Positions 39,394-50,459 are shown, counted from the stretch's first letter. The stretch is 64,000 nt of DNA from an uncultured delta proteobacterium (GCA_963808235.1 CAWEEQ010000004.1:544001-608000), one strand, 5' to 3'. Notes: generated from the letters alone by a model not told the origin. Numbers and translations: made by a program.

Positions 39394-42267
39394 TCAGTGC
39401 GGCGAGATTATCGCCATATTCAGCACTTCCGCCAGATGCATCGGTTGCCGCCCCGGACAGAAATGGCGAATTTGCGAGCGGCACGAAAAGCCGTCGGCAA
39501 CTATGATCGTGCCGGGCGGAGACTCCTCTATCGTCGGAATCAATCGGCGCGAGCCGATCGCCTTCGATACTTCGAAATGCTCGCGAGCGTAGCCGAATGC
39601 TCCCGCCATCCCGCAGCATCCGGCGTCGAGAGCCTCGACTTTGAGCCCGCTGGCGCGCGAGAGCAGGCTGACTTCGTCATCGATTCCCGCAACCGCCTTG
39701 TGATGACAATGCCCCTGCACGATCGCGCTGCCCTTAAGCTCGGGTGGCGAGAAGTCCGGCGCCTCGCGGGCGATGAACTCGTCGAGCAGGAACGAGTGCG
39801 ACGCGAGATCTGCCGCGCGCTTTTCGCCGGGAAAGAACGAAGGCAATTCGTCGCGAAAAGTCAGGATACAACTCGGCTCGAGCCCGACGATCGGGATGCC
39901 GGCGGCCGCAAACGGCCCGAGAATGTCCATGGCCTCGCGCAGCCGCCACTTCGCGCGGGCGAGCATGCCTTGGTCGTAGAGTGGCCGCCCGCAGCAGAGA
40001 TTGCGTGGCGGGAGTATCACGCGGAATCCGGCGCTCTCGAGAACCTCGGTCGCCGCAATCCCGACATGCGGCTCGAAGAAATTGACGAAAGTATCCGGGA
40101 ACAGCACCACTTCGCGTCCATCGGCTCCACGAGCCGTTCTGCGGTCGAACCAGCTACGGAAGGTGACACGAGCGAAACGCGGCAGCTCGCGCTCCGGATG
40201 AATCCCGAGTGCACTCTTGGCCATGCCTGCAGTAACTGGCGCGTGCGAAAAAGCGTTCGCAAGAGAAGGAGCGTACGACGCGATAGATGAAACCTCGTGC
40301 AGCAGTCCGAAGAAGGTCGATGACGGCGGGCGGCGATGGCTGCGGTAGTAGTGCGAGAAAAATTCGGCGCGGTACGCCGCCATGTCGATCGACGACGGGC
40401 ACTCGCGCTTGCATGCCTTGCACGCGAGGCACAGGTCGAGCGCGTCTCTCAGCGCGGGATCGGCGAACTGCTCCGGGAGCAAGTCGGTGGTCAGAGCCTC
40501 GAACAGGATTCGTGCGCGTCCGCGGGTCGAATGGATCTCCTCGCGAGTCGCCATGTACGACGGGCACATCGTGCCTGCGTCGGTCTTGCGGCATTTGCCG
40601 ATACCCACGCATTTGAGCGCGGCGCCCGCGAGGCCGCCTTCGGCGCTGAAGTCGAAGTGGGTGGCGACTTCGCGCGGGCGATAGCTCGCGCCGAGTTTCA
40701 GATGCGAATCGAGCGGATGCGGATCTACGATCACGCCTGGATTCATCATCGAGTCGGGGTCGAAGATTTTCTTGAAACTGCGGAACGCGTCGATCAGGTC
40801 GGGACGAAACATCATCGGCAGCAGCTCGGAGCGCGCGATGCCGTCGCCGTGCTCGCCGGAAAGTGAGCCGCCCAATTCCGTGACGAGACCCCCAAGCTCG
40901 GTCATCGCATTCCGAAACGTCGCGATTCCCGGCGCGCTCGCGAGATCGAAATTGACCCGCGCATGGACACATCCCTCGCCGAAATGGCCGTAGTAGGTCG
41001 CGACGCGAAGGGCGTGGCGGGTGAGGATGCGGTCGAAGCCGCGCAGGAATGCACCGAGGTTCGCAGGCGGCACCGCGGAGTCCTCGGCACCCGGCCAGGT
41101 GCGCGGCCGGCCTTGGATGAAGGCGCTGGAGCCCAGGCCGGACTCGCGAATCTGCCAGACTGCGGCCTGCTCGCGCGCATCGGACAGACTGGCGACGTCG
41201 GTGCATTCGCGAATCTTCCGCGCCTCGGCAATCAGGCGCCCGGCGCGCTCGCGAGCTTCGTCGCGGGTCGTTCCGCCAAATTCGACGAGCAGAAACGCGC
41301 GACCCGCCGGCAGGAATCGCACTCCTGGCATCTGTTTGGTCCGCGCGAACTCGGGCAGATTTTGATCGAATCCTTCCAGCGCTTCCGGGCGATGCTCGAG
41401 TATCCATGGAGTCTGATCGGCCGCGATGAACACGTCGTCGAAACCGAGCATCACCAGTTCGACTTCGTTGGGACGCGGCACAGCTTTGATCGTGGCGCGG
41501 AGAATTGTCGCGAGGGTTCCTTCGGAGCCAACGATTGCGCGCGCGACGTTGAAGCCGCGCTCGGGCATCAGCTCGTCCAGATTGTAACCGGAGACCCGGC
41601 GCGGGAGTTTTGGAAAATGCGCGCGGACCGAATCGGCGGATTGATCGCGCAGCGCCCCAAGCTGCGAATAGACTTCAGTTTCGCGACCGCCGCGCGCGAT
41701 TGCTGCCTCGAGATGCTCGGCACCCATCGCGCCGGTTAGCGTGAGCCGGGTTCCGTCGTAGAGCACGACTTCCAGCGCTTTGACGTTGTCGACGGTTTTT
41801 CCGTACGCGGCGGAATGCGCGCCGCATGAGTTGTTGCCGATCATGCCGCCTATGGTGCATCGATCCTTCGTCGAAGGATCCGGCGCGAAGAACAGGCGAT
41901 GCGATTCGAGCGCACTGTTGAGATGGCTCTGGACGAGGCCGGGCTCCACCTGCGCAATCCTTGCGTCGGGATCGATCGCGACGACGCGATTCATGTACTT
42001 GGAGAAATCTAGCACCAGCGCTGCGTTGCAGGCCTGGCCGGCGAGGCTGGTGCCGCCGCCGCGCGCGAGTATCGGCATCGAGTTGTCCCGCGCAATCGCG
42101 AGCGCGGCGACCACGTCGCCTTCGTGGCGGGGAATCACGACGCCCACCGGCACTTGCCGATAGTTCGACGCGTCGGTCGCATACGCCGCGCGCGTGCCAA
42201 CGTCGAAGCGCACTTCGCCTTCGACCTGGCGTGCCAGTTCAAGCTTTACGGAATCGAGGGAAACCAT
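39394..42267 (-). CDS. FAD-binding and Fe-S-binding oxidoreductase (GlcD/GlcF fusion, YdiJ-like)
   Basis: RGGGTSLAGQ, SGEHGDG, CVGIGKC, CLACKACKRECP, CCG domains. Confidence 0.92.
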   Translation of the reverse strand: MVSLDSVKLELARQVEGEVRFDVGTRAAYATDASNYRQVPVGVVIPRHEGDVVAALAIARDNSMPILARGGGTSLAGQACNAALVLDFSKYMNRVVAIDPDARIAQVEPGLVQSHLNSALESHRLFFAPDPSTKDRCTIGGMIGNNSCGAHSAAYGKTVDNVKALEVVLYDGTRLTLTGAMGAEHLEAAIARGGRETEVYSQLGALRDQSADSVRAHFPKLPRRVSGYNLDELMPERGFNVARAIVGSEGTLATILRATIKAVPRPNEVELVMLGFDDVFIAADQTPWILEHRPEALEGFDQNLPEFARTKQMPGVRFLPAGRAFLLVEFGGTTRDEARERAGRLIAEARKIRECTDVASLSDAREQAAVWQIRESGLGSSAFIQGRPRTWPGAEDSAVPPANLGAFLRGFDRILTRHALRVATYYGHFGEGCVHARVNFDLASAPGIATFRNAMTELGGLVTELGGSLSGEHGDGIARSELLPMMFRPDLIDAFRSFKKIFDPDSMMNPGVIVDPHPLDSHLKLGASYRPREVATHFDFSAEGGLAGAALKCVGIGKCRKTDAGTMCPSYMATREEIHSTRGRARILFEALTTDLLPEQFADPALRDALDLCLACKACKRECPSSIDMAAYRAEFFSHYYRSHRRPPSSTFFGLLHEVSSIASYAPSLANAFSHAPVTAGMAKSALGIHPERELPRFARVTFRSWFDRRTARGADGREVVLFPDTFVNFFEPHVGIAATEVLESAGFRVILPPRNLCCGRPLYDQGMLARAKWRLREAMDILGPFAAAGIPIVGLEPSCILTFRDELPSFFPGEKRAADLASHSFLLDEFIAREAPDFSPPELKGSAIVQGHCHHKAVAGIDDEVSLLSRASGLKVEALDAGCCGMAGAFGYAREHFEVSKAIGSRRLIPTIEESPPGTIIVADGFSCRSQIRHFCPGRQPMHLAEVLNMAIISPH

Positions 42268-42334
42268 CGTGATCGTGACAGCCCGATTGTAATCGAGCAG
42301 CAGACGCGCGGAACAGCGCGTCTATGGTTTCGTG

Positions 42335-43588
42335 TTACATCGGGAGGTCTTTGAGGCCGGCTTTCGGCGCACCGACCAGAGCGACCATCTTGCCTTCGGG
42401 GGCGCGATTTTCGTGCATCGCCTGGTGGCATTCGGGGATCTCGTCGAACTTGTAAGTCTTGGCGAGGCAGGGATCGATCTTGCCGTCGAGCACGAGCTGG
42501 TTGAATGCGTAGGCCTGCTCGTCGTTGGCGAAGTGCGATCCCTGGAGGCGTTTCTGGCGCATCCAGAGGTAGCGCAAATCCGCGACCGCGTTGTAGCCGG
42601 TGGTGCCGGCGCAGATGACGACCATCCCACCGGTGTCGCAGACGAACACTGAAGTGGGAATCGTGTCTTCGCCCGGATGCTCGAACACGATGCGCGGGTT
42701 TTTCCGCTCGCCTACGATGTCCCAGATGGCCTTGCCGAACGCGCGGCATTCGGCGGCCCACTTGTTGTAGCTCGCGGTTTCCTTCCAATGGGGCATCATG
42801 CCCCAGTGCAAATATTTTTTTCGGTTGATGACGCCCTTGGCGCCGAGCCTCATGCAGAATTCCGTCTTGCGATCGTCGCCGACAATTCCGACCGGGATCC
42901 CGCCTTCGGCTTTCACGATCTGAATCGCCATGCATCCGAGGCCGCCCGAGGCTCCCCAGATGAGCACCACGTCGCCGCGGCGTACAACGTGCGGCGGCCA
43001 TCCCATCAGCATCCGCATCGCGGTCGCACCTACCAGCGACGGTCCCGCGGCTTCCTCCCAGGTAAGATGCGCGGCCTTGGGCATGCACTGATGCGCCTGC
43101 ACGCGACAGAACTGCGCGAAGCTTCCCCAGTTAGTTTCGTAGCCCCAAATCTTGAATGACGGGTCGTACATGGGATCGTCGCCGTTGCGAATCGCCGGGG
43201 AGTCGCGGTCCCATACGCCGCAGTGGATCACGACGCGGTCGCCGACCTTGACGTTGCTCACGTCGCGGCCGGTCGCGTAGACGATTCCCGAGGCGTCGCT
43301 GCCGCCGATATGGAAATCCGAGTGATCGTACTTGGCCTTCTGCCGTGCGCCGATCACGTCGACGGGAGATCCGAGCGCCGCCCATACGTTGTTGAAGTTG
43401 ATCCCGGCCGCCATGACGTAGACCAGCACTTCGTCGGGTCGAATTTCGGGAACGTGGATTTTTTCGATCTTGAAGGCGTGCTTCGGATCGCCAAACCGGT
43501 CCGCACGGATCAACTGCGCGTACATCTTTGGTGGGACCTGCCCGATTGGCGGCACTTCACCGATTTCGTAGATTTCCCTGGCTCTCAT
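42335..43588 (-). CDS. ccr: Crotonyl-CoA carboxylase/reductase
   Basis: [50 protein letters not shown]. Confidence 0.95.
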   Translation of the reverse strand: MRAREIYEIGEVPPIGQVPPKMYAQLIRADRFGDPKHAFKIEKIHVPEIRPDEVLVYVMAAGINFNNVWAALGSPVDVIGARQKAKYDHSDFHIGGSDASGIVYATGRDVSNVKVGDRVVIHCGVWDRDSPAIRNGDDPMYDPSFKIWGYETNWGSFAQFCRVQAHQCMPKAAHLTWEEAAGPSLVGATAMRMLMGWPPHVVRRGDVVLIWGASGGLGCMAIQIVKAEGGIPVGIVGDDRKTEFCMRLGAKGVINRKKYLHWGMMPHWKETASYNKWAAECRAFGKAIWDIVGERKNPRIVFEHPGEDTIPTSVFVCDTGGMVVICAGTTGYNAVADLRYLWMRQKRLQGSHFANDEQAYAFNQLVLDGKIDPCLAKTYKFDEIPECHQAMHENRAPEGKMVALVGAPKAGLKDLPM

Positions 43589-43845
43589 TACTTATTGGCA
43601 GCCCCGGCTCAGCCTGATCGGCGCGTCTTCAATTGCCTCCGCGGAGAATCCGAGTTTGCGTGCCGAAGTTAGCTACCTGTTTGCCCTTCATTTGACAATA
43701 CTTGCCTTTGGCGCGGCAGGAAACGAGGGCACTAGATGGTCTGAAGAGGTCGGTTGACGCGCAGGGGGGAATTCCATAAAAAACGGTCTCGGCTTCAGGA
43801 TTTTTCGCGATCGAACGATCCATACGGGAAGGCAGCCTGAATCAC

Positions 43846-44313
43846 ATGGCGGTGCGCAAAATCGAGCGTGGCCATTACTTCGAGGACTTCGAGATAGGCC
43901 ATCTTTTCAAGCATCATTGGGGCCGCACGATTACCGAAGGCGACAACAGCTTTTTCAGCAGCTGCACGATGAACTTCAACCCGACCTACTTCAACCGCGA
44001 GTATGCGCAGAGCCTCGGCTATAAAAGTGTGGTCGTCAATCACATGCTGGTGATGAACGTAGTGTTCGGGCTGTCGGTCGAGGATCTGAGCGAACGCGCG
44101 ATCGCGCATCTCGGCTACGAGAAACTCAAGTTCCTTGCCGCCGTGTATCCGGGCGATACGATCACGTCGGAATCGCTGGTGCTGTCCAAGCGCGACACCT
44201 CGCGGCCGGATCGCGGGGTCGTCAAGTTTCGCACCACCGGCCACAATCAGCGCGGCGAAAAGGTGCTCGAGTACGAGCGGCCGGTGCTGATTCGCAAACG
44301 CAACCCCGGGTAG
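43846..44313 (+). CDS. MaoC-family dehydratase (mesaconyl-CoA hydratase-like half)
   Basis: GHYFEDF..GRTITEGDN..VYPGDT hot-dog fold, with ccr context. Confidence 0.88.
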   Translation: MAVRKIERGHYFEDFEIGHLFKHHWGRTITEGDNSFFSSCTMNFNPTYFNREYAQSLGYKSVVVNHMLVMNVVFGLSVEDLSERAIAHLGYEKLKFLAAVYPGDTITSESLVLSKRDTSRPDRGVVKFRTTGHNQRGEKVLEYERPVLIRKRNPG

Positions 44314-44322
44314 GAGCACACG

Positions 44323-45489
44323 ATGCCTCTGGTTACGCCTGAGCATGAAATTATCCGGCGCTCGGTCCGCGACTTTGTCGAGGCCGAAGTCAAACCGATC
44401 GCCAACGATCTCGATCGCGAGAACAAGGAAATCCCGGAGCGCATCCTGAAGCAGATGGCCGAGCTCGGCTACTTCGGCGTGATCTTTCCCGCCGAAGAGG
44501 GCGGCATGGGGCTCGACTACATCTCGATGGCGATCGTTACCGAGGAGTTGTCGCGCGGATGGCTCAGCGTCGGCTCGGTGATGACCCGCAACATAATCAC
44601 CGGCACGCTGATCAGCGCCAATGGCACGCCCGAGCAGAAGCAGCGCTTCCTGCCGAAGATCGCGCGCGGCGAGATTCTCACTGCGGCGGCGTTCACCGAG
44701 CCTGATTCCGGCAGCGACACGGCGTCGTTCAAAACGCGCGCGGTTAAACACGGCGATGGCTATCTGATCAAAGGCGCCAAGATGTGGTGCACGTTCGCCA
44801 ATCGAGCCCACATGCTGACGGTGATGACGCGGACCGACCCCGACATGTCAAAGAAGCACAAGGGGCTGTCGCTGATCCTGTTCGAGAAGGAGCCCGGCGA
44901 CGACTTCATGCCGCCGCAGCTGACCGGCTCGGCGATACCGACGATCGGCTATCACGGAATGCGCAGTTACGCGCTGCAGTTCGACGACGCGCTCGCGCCC
45001 GCGGCGAACCTGATCGGTGGACAGGAAGGCCGCGGATTTTACCAATTGATGGCGAGTTACGAGGCGGCGCGAATCCAGACCGCGGCGCGCGGCGTCGGCG
45101 TGGCGCAGGCGGCGTTCGAGTGCGCGACCAAATATGCGAAGCAGCGCACCCAGTTCGGGCAGCCGATCGGCGACTTCCAGGTGATTCGCCACAAGCTTGC
45201 GCACATGGCGGTCGAGATCGAGGCAGCGCGTCAGCTCTGCTACTTCGCGGCGGCCGAAAAGGACACCGGTAAGCGATGCGATTACGAGGCCGGGCTCGCC
45301 AAGGCGTTCGCGGCCGAGATGGCCGAGCGGGTGACGCGCGAGGCGATGCAGGTGCATGGCGGCTACGGATACTCGATGGAGTTCGAGGCGCAACGCTTCT
45401 GGCGCGACGCGCGTGTGCTTTCGATTTTCGAAGGCACCAGCGAAATCCAGTACGAGGTAATCGGCCGGCGAATCATGGAGCAGAACTAG
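44323..45489 (+). CDS. Acyl-CoA dehydrogenase (probable methylsuccinyl-CoA dehydrogenase)
   Basis: FTEPDSGSD, ARIQTAAR, HGGYGY, IFEGTSEI, with ccr context. Confidence 0.88.
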   Translation: MPLVTPEHEIIRRSVRDFVEAEVKPIANDLDRENKEIPERILKQMAELGYFGVIFPAEEGGMGLDYISMAIVTEELSRGWLSVGSVMTRNIITGTLISANGTPEQKQRFLPKIARGEILTAAAFTEPDSGSDTASFKTRAVKHGDGYLIKGAKMWCTFANRAHMLTVMTRTDPDMSKKHKGLSLILFEKEPGDDFMPPQLTGSAIPTIGYHGMRSYALQFDDALAPAANLIGGQEGRGFYQLMASYEAARIQTAARGVGVAQAAFECATKYAKQRTQFGQPIGDFQVIRHKLAHMAVEIEAARQLCYFAAAEKDTGKRCDYEAGLAKAFAAEMAERVTREAMQVHGGYGYSMEFEAQRFWRDARVLSIFEGTSEIQYEVIGRRIMEQN

Positions 45490-45507
45490 GGCAGGGCACG
45501 TCTGGCG

Positions 45508-45990
45508 ATGAGCATCACGAGCGACGGAAGCTACTTCGAGGATTTCACGGTGGGCGACACGCTGATACATCAGCGCGGACGTACGATCACCGAAGCTGAC
45601 AATCATTTCTTCACTTCACTGGTGATGAATACCGCCGAGCTGCACTTCAACCAGGATTTGATCGACAGAAATCCCGACGCGTACGTGGGCGGCAAGCTGC
45701 TGGTCTATGGCGGCGTGGTGCTCGCGTTCACGGTCGGGCTCGCGTCGGAGGACACCAGCGAGAACGCGATTGCCGAAGTCGAGATGGACAACGGCAAGCA
45801 TACCAATCCGGTTTTCCATGGCGATACGATTTACGCGGAATCGACGGTGCTCGAAAAGCGCGATTCGGATCGTCCCGACGCAGGGCTGGTGAAGTTCAAG
45901 CTGGTCGGCAAGAAGCCCGACGGCACTGTGGTCGTCGAGATCGAGCGCACAGTCCTGATCAAGCGCAAGGTGCACTATCTGCGTCCCTGA
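45508..45990 (+). CDS. MaoC-family dehydratase (second hot-dog unit)
   Basis: YFEDF..GRTITEADN..PVFHGDTIYAES. Confidence 0.88.
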   Translation: MSITSDGSYFEDFTVGDTLIHQRGRTITEADNHFFTSLVMNTAELHFNQDLIDRNPDAYVGGKLLVYGGVVLAFTVGLASEDTSENAIAEVEMDNGKHTNPVFHGDTIYAESTVLEKRDSDRPDAGLVKFKLVGKKPDGTVVVEIERTVLIKRKVHYLRP

Positions 45991-46032
45991 GCGCGCGGAC
46001 GGAGCGAAATTCCCGAGGGAGAAAATCAATCG

Positions 46033-47070
46033 ATGTACGTATTGGATAAAGGCGCCCGCTTTGTAATTCCGCGCACCGAGATGACCTATCCCGGTCACAA
46101 CATGAAGCTGCATATCACGGCGGCCGACCCGGTGAAGGCGCCGGTCGATCACGTGATGGCGGATTTCGAAGACGCGTGCCCCTACGAGTTCAAGGGCGAG
46201 AAGAGCCGCAAGGTAATGGTCGAGGCGCTGACCACGCTCGACTTTGGCAAGAAGGTCGTGACGGTGCGGCCCAACAATATCCATTCGAAGTTTTTCAAGG
46301 GCGACATGGAAGCGATCGTGCTCGGCGCGCCGAATCGCTTTCACGGGATCATGTTGCCGAAGACTCGCGGGCCCGAGGAAATTCGCGAAGTATCGAAGCT
46401 GCTCGACGATCTCGAGAAGCGCGGCGGCTGGAAGTACAAGCTTCAGATCGAGTCGCTAATCGAAACTCCGCACGCGCTGATCAAGGCATACGAGATCGCG
46501 ACCGCGTCGGATCGGATGTGCGGGCTCGTGTTCGGCATCGCGGACTACGCAGCGAATCTCGGCATCCGGGAGATCGTCGAGAATCAGAATCAGAATTTTC
46601 ACTACTCCAAGCAGGCCGTGGTGGTGGCCGCAAAGGCTGCCGGCTTGCACGCGATCGACAACGTTTTCCTGCGCCTGTGGCGCAACACGGATTCGCCTGA
46701 GCGCGTCAAGGAACTGCAAGCGGGCCTGCGCGACAAAAATATCGGCGCGGCCAACCTAGGGATGGACGGGACGTGGGTGATTCATCCGCAGCAGGCTGAG
46801 ATCGCTAACGCTTGCTACACGCCGAGCGTCGAGCAGGTCGAGGAAGCGCGTCGCGTGATCAAGCTCTACCATGAGAAGGGAGGCGGCTCGATGGCCGATC
46901 CCAAGTCGGGCGAGATGATCGACGAGGCCACCATCAAAATTGGCCTGATGGATTTGGCAAAAGGCGCGCAGGCGGGCTTGGTGTCGGACGCGGAGCTAAG
47001 GGATTGGTCGGCGAAGAGCCGCGAGATCACGGGCTACGATATTCTGGAGCTGATGCGCCGCGTGGCGTGA
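46033..47070 (+). CDS. CitE/HpcH-family CoA-ester lyase (malyl-/beta-methylmalyl-CoA lyase candidate)
   Basis: DFEDA, VRPN, LIET, FGIADY, GTWVIHPQQ. Confidence 0.85.
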   Translation: MYVLDKGARFVIPRTEMTYPGHNMKLHITAADPVKAPVDHVMADFEDACPYEFKGEKSRKVMVEALTTLDFGKKVVTVRPNNIHSKFFKGDMEAIVLGAPNRFHGIMLPKTRGPEEIREVSKLLDDLEKRGGWKYKLQIESLIETPHALIKAYEIATASDRMCGLVFGIADYAANLGIREIVENQNQNFHYSKQAVVVAAKAAGLHAIDNVFLRLWRNTDSPERVKELQAGLRDKNIGAANLGMDGTWVIHPQQAEIANACYTPSVEQVEEARRVIKLYHEKGGGSMADPKSGEMIDEATIKIGLMDLAKGAQAGLVSDAELRDWSAKSREITGYDILELMRRVA

Positions 47071-47085
47071 ACGTCGCGCGATAGC

Positions 47086-48141
47086 TCAGGGCACGGGTGC
47101 GGTGTTGAGGAGGCCGGCGGCTTCGTCGAAGCCCAGCATCAGGTTCATGTTCTGGACGGCCTGGCCGGCGGCCCCTTTGCCGAGGTTGTCGATCGCGGTG
47201 ATCACGAGCAGGGTTCCGCTGCGGCGATCGAGGATGAATGCCAGCTCGCAGAAGTTCGTCGCGCGCACGTTGCGCAACTCCGGCAATTCTCCCGGCTTAA
47301 GGATTCGCACGAAGCGCGACTTGGCGAAGCTCGCCTCGAACGCGGCGTGAACGTCGCTCTCGGTGGTGCCGCTGCGCGGGCGCATGAAGATCGAGCTCAG
47401 CAGTCCGCGCGTGATCGGGAGCAGATGCGGCACGAACAGCAGCGCGATATCGCGTCCGAGCGCCGCGCTGATTTCCTGTTCCATCTCCGGGACGTGGCGA
47501 TGATTCCCGACCTTGTAGGCGCGGAAATTCTCGTTAACCTCGGCAAATAGTTGCTCGACTGACGCAGCCCGCCGCGCGCCGCTGGTGCCCGACTTCGCAT
47601 CGATGATGATCGACGAAGGCTCGATCAGATCGCGCCTGATTAGGGGCAGCAGCGCGAGCAACGCGCCGGTCGGGAAGCATCCGGGAGTTGCGATCAGCCG
47701 CGCCTCGCGGAGTTCGTGGCGATGGAACTCGCTGAGCCCATAGACCGCCTCCTTGAGGAGCTGCGGCGCAGGATGATCGACGCCGTAGGTGGTGCGGAAC
47801 TGCGCGGGATCCTTGAGCCGGAAATCCGCCGACAGATCCACCACCTTGATCCCGGCTTTGATCAGTTCGACCGTATGCGCGAGGCCGACCGTCTCTGGCA
47901 GGCACGAGAGCGCAACGTCGGCGCGTCCTTGCACGAGGTCGGGGCGCAATTCCTCGAACGCCGGCAGGTCGACGCCCGCCATGTGCCGGTAAACGTCGGC
48001 GACTTCGCGCCCGGCATAGTTTCTCGACGTGAGGACGCTCAGCTCGACCAGCGGATGGCCGGCGAGAATGCGCACCGCCTCGATACCGGAGTATCCGGAG
48101 GCGCCGATCACCGCCACTCTGACCTTGTCGCGCGTAGCCAT
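47086..48141 (-). CDS. argC: N-acetyl-gamma-glutamyl-phosphate reductase
   Basis: GASGYSG, DLSADFR, PGCFPT, IDNLGKGAAGQA. Confidence 0.97.
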   Translation of the reverse strand: MATRDKVRVAVIGASGYSGIEAVRILAGHPLVELSVLTSRNYAGREVADVYRHMAGVDLPAFEELRPDLVQGRADVALSCLPETVGLAHTVELIKAGIKVVDLSADFRLKDPAQFRTTYGVDHPAPQLLKEAVYGLSEFHRHELREARLIATPGCFPTGALLALLPLIRRDLIEPSSIIIDAKSGTSGARRAASVEQLFAEVNENFRAYKVGNHRHVPEMEQEISAALGRDIALLFVPHLLPITRGLLSSIFMRPRSGTTESDVHAAFEASFAKSRFVRILKPGELPELRNVRATNFCELAFILDRRSGTLLVITAIDNLGKGAAGQAVQNMNLMLGFDEAAGLLNTAPVP

Positions 48142-48224
48142 TTCGGGAAGTTCAATGCTCCTGTTGTGTTACCGCTAACAAAACGTGACGTATCATGATT
48201 GCGGATCGCGATACCAGTTACCAG

Positions 48225-50459
48225 TTACTTGGAGTCGAACTCGAATACCATCTCGGCCGGGGGATGGTCGGGATCTGAGGCCGCCAGTTTGTCCAGATAA
48301 ATCCGCACCGGCGTGTCGGTCGGGCGCTCGTCGCCAAGGCGCTTAAGCTCGTCGATCGCGGTAGGCGCCGAACCCTGGCGAATCATCTTCAATGCGCTGT
48401 CGAAGCGGCGGTAGAAAGCGGGATCGACGCTGTCGTTCTCGCGCCCGGCGACATCCACGATCGGTACAAGCAGAGCTTTGCCTTTGACCTTCACGAGGCC
48501 CAGCTCACGCGCGATGTACCCAGGGCCGGCTTCGGTGAAAGTCTGCAGGCTGACCAGCAAATGCACCTTGAAGTGGCGGGTGAGACCTTCCAGCCGCGAG
48601 GCAAAGTTAACCGTGTCGCCGATCACGGAATAGTCGAAACGATTTTCGCCGCCGAAGTTGCCGACTACAACGTCGCCGGTCGAGATTCCGATGCCGATGT
48701 CGAGGTCGGCGAATCGCTCATCGTTTTTCTGCAGCTCGTAAAGCTTGGTGAGCATCTGGAGCGCACAATCGAGCGCCGCGCGCGACGGATTTTCAAGTTC
48801 GTTGGGCGCGCCCCAGAAGGCCATGATCCCGTCGCCCATCAGTTTGTCCACGACTCCGCGTGACTGCATGATGAGGTCGGTCATCGCGGTCATGTAGGTA
48901 TTGAGCAGCGCGACCAGCGCTTCGGGCTCGGTGCGTTCGGCGCGGCTGGTAAAGCTCACGATATCGGCGAACAGAATCGCCAGATGACGCCGCTCGCCGC
49001 CCAGTTTCAAACCCTCGGCGGAATCGAGCACTTGAGCCAGTACGTCTGGATGCAGGTAATGGCCCATCGCGGCGCGTTCCCGGCGCCGCTCGCCGCCCTC
49101 GGCGATATACCGGTACCCGGCCAGGATCATGTACACCACCAGCGCAGTCAGCAGCGGGAAGACCATCCCAATGACCATCCCGTCGCCGATCAACCGGTTC
49201 TGGATATAGCCGTAATATCCGACCGCAAGGATCACGCCGAGCGCCGCCGAAGACAGCGCGGAGAGTCCGGCGACTCCGAGCGCCATCCCGAGCCCAAGCA
49301 GGAGTGCAGCGATCAGCATGATCTCCTGCGCCTCGATCGGACGCCGAATGAAGTCGCCTTGGACGATATTGTCGATCGCGTTGGCGTGGATCTCGACGCG
49401 CGGCATGTCCCCGCTCACCGGTGTTACTCCGCGATCGCCGAGCCCATGAGCGGACGCGCCGACCAGGACGATTTTTCCAGCCAGCTTTTCCGGCGCGATC
49501 TTGTGATTGATGATGTCCGAGACCGAGTAGTACGGAAACGGATCGACTCCGCGGCGGAAATTCACCAGCATCCGGCCGTCGCCCTCCACTGGAATGCGAA
49601 CTCCGGCGATCGAGATCGCGGAAACGCCGTCCGCGTCGATTCCGAGCATCATCGGCGCGCCGCCCGCGTATGCATCTGCGGCAGCCAGAAACATCGGCAT
49701 GCAGTAATGGCCGTCGAATCGGATGACCGTCATCTGAGTACGGATTTCGCCGTCTGCGTCCGCATCGATATCGAAGTAGCCGGCCGCGTGCGCGGCTTCA
49801 TTGAGCGTGTCGAAGGGCGGCTGATACGCCTCGGCGTCGATAAGCGCGTGCGCCTTGCTGGGAGCGGCATTGCGCACGATTCCATAGACGGCTGGCGATG
49901 GTGGCTTGATATGTTGTTGGAGGAAGCCGGCCGTCTTTGCCGCACTATAGATCTTGCGGAAATTGTGGCTTTGAAACGCGTAACCTAAAACGGTCTGACC
50001 TTGCCGCTTCATCGCGGCGGCAAAGGCTTCGTCGTTGCTGGGTCCCAGGATTTCGCCGATCGTGTTCGATTTTATTCCGAGCCCTACGAGCCGCTTGCGG
50101 ATTTCGGCGCGCTCAACGTCGTTGTCGTCGGGCTCGCTGAAGATCGAGTCGAAGCCAATCACCTTGACCTTGTAGTCATTCAGCGCGTCGACCAGCCGGC
50201 CCTCGACCGCGCGCGGCCACGGCCATTGACCGATCTGCGCGATACTCTTGTCGTCGATCGCGGCGATCACGACCACACCGGAAGAAGGACGAGGCGCAAT
50301 CGAGTTGATCCGAAGGTCGTATCCGATCAAATCCATGCGCTCGAAGGCTCGGTAAAAGCGGTGGTTAATCCCGAACAGGAACACGATCAGCAGGAGGCCT
50401 AACACGAATGTGCGCCACGAGAACCTATGAACAACGTGTGCCGATTTTGGGGGCGCCAT
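48225..50459 (-). CDS. CHASE2-domain class III adenylate/guanylate cyclase
   Basis: IDDKS..GQWPWPR CHASE2 domain, 3 TM, FADIVSFT, DKLMGDGIMA, GDTVNFASRLE. Confidence 0.93.
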   Translation of the reverse strand: MAPPKSAHVVHRFSWRTFVLGLLLIVFLFGINHRFYRAFERMDLIGYDLRINSIAPRPSSGVVVIAAIDDKSIAQIGQWPWPRAVEGRLVDALNDYKVKVIGFDSIFSEPDDNDVERAEIRKRLVGLGIKSNTIGEILGPSNDEAFAAAMKRQGQTVLGYAFQSHNFRKIYSAAKTAGFLQQHIKPPSPAVYGIVRNAAPSKAHALIDAEAYQPPFDTLNEAAHAAGYFDIDADADGEIRTQMTVIRFDGHYCMPMFLAAADAYAGGAPMMLGIDADGVSAISIAGVRIPVEGDGRMLVNFRRGVDPFPYYSVSDIINHKIAPEKLAGKIVLVGASAHGLGDRGVTPVSGDMPRVEIHANAIDNIVQGDFIRRPIEAQEIMLIAALLLGLGMALGVAGLSALSSAALGVILAVGYYGYIQNRLIGDGMVIGMVFPLLTALVVYMILAGYRYIAEGGERRRERAAMGHYLHPDVLAQVLDSAEGLKLGGERRHLAILFADIVSFTSRAERTEPEALVALLNTYMTAMTDLIMQSRGVVDKLMGDGIMAFWGAPNELENPSRAALDCALQMLTKLYELQKNDERFADLDIGIGISTGDVVVGNFGGENRFDYSVIGDTVNFASRLEGLTRHFKVHLLVSLQTFTEAGPGYIARELGLVKVKGKALLVPIVDVAGRENDSVDPAFYRRFDSALKMIRQGSAPTAIDELKRLGDERPTDTPVRIYLDKLAASDPDHPPAEMVFEFDSK

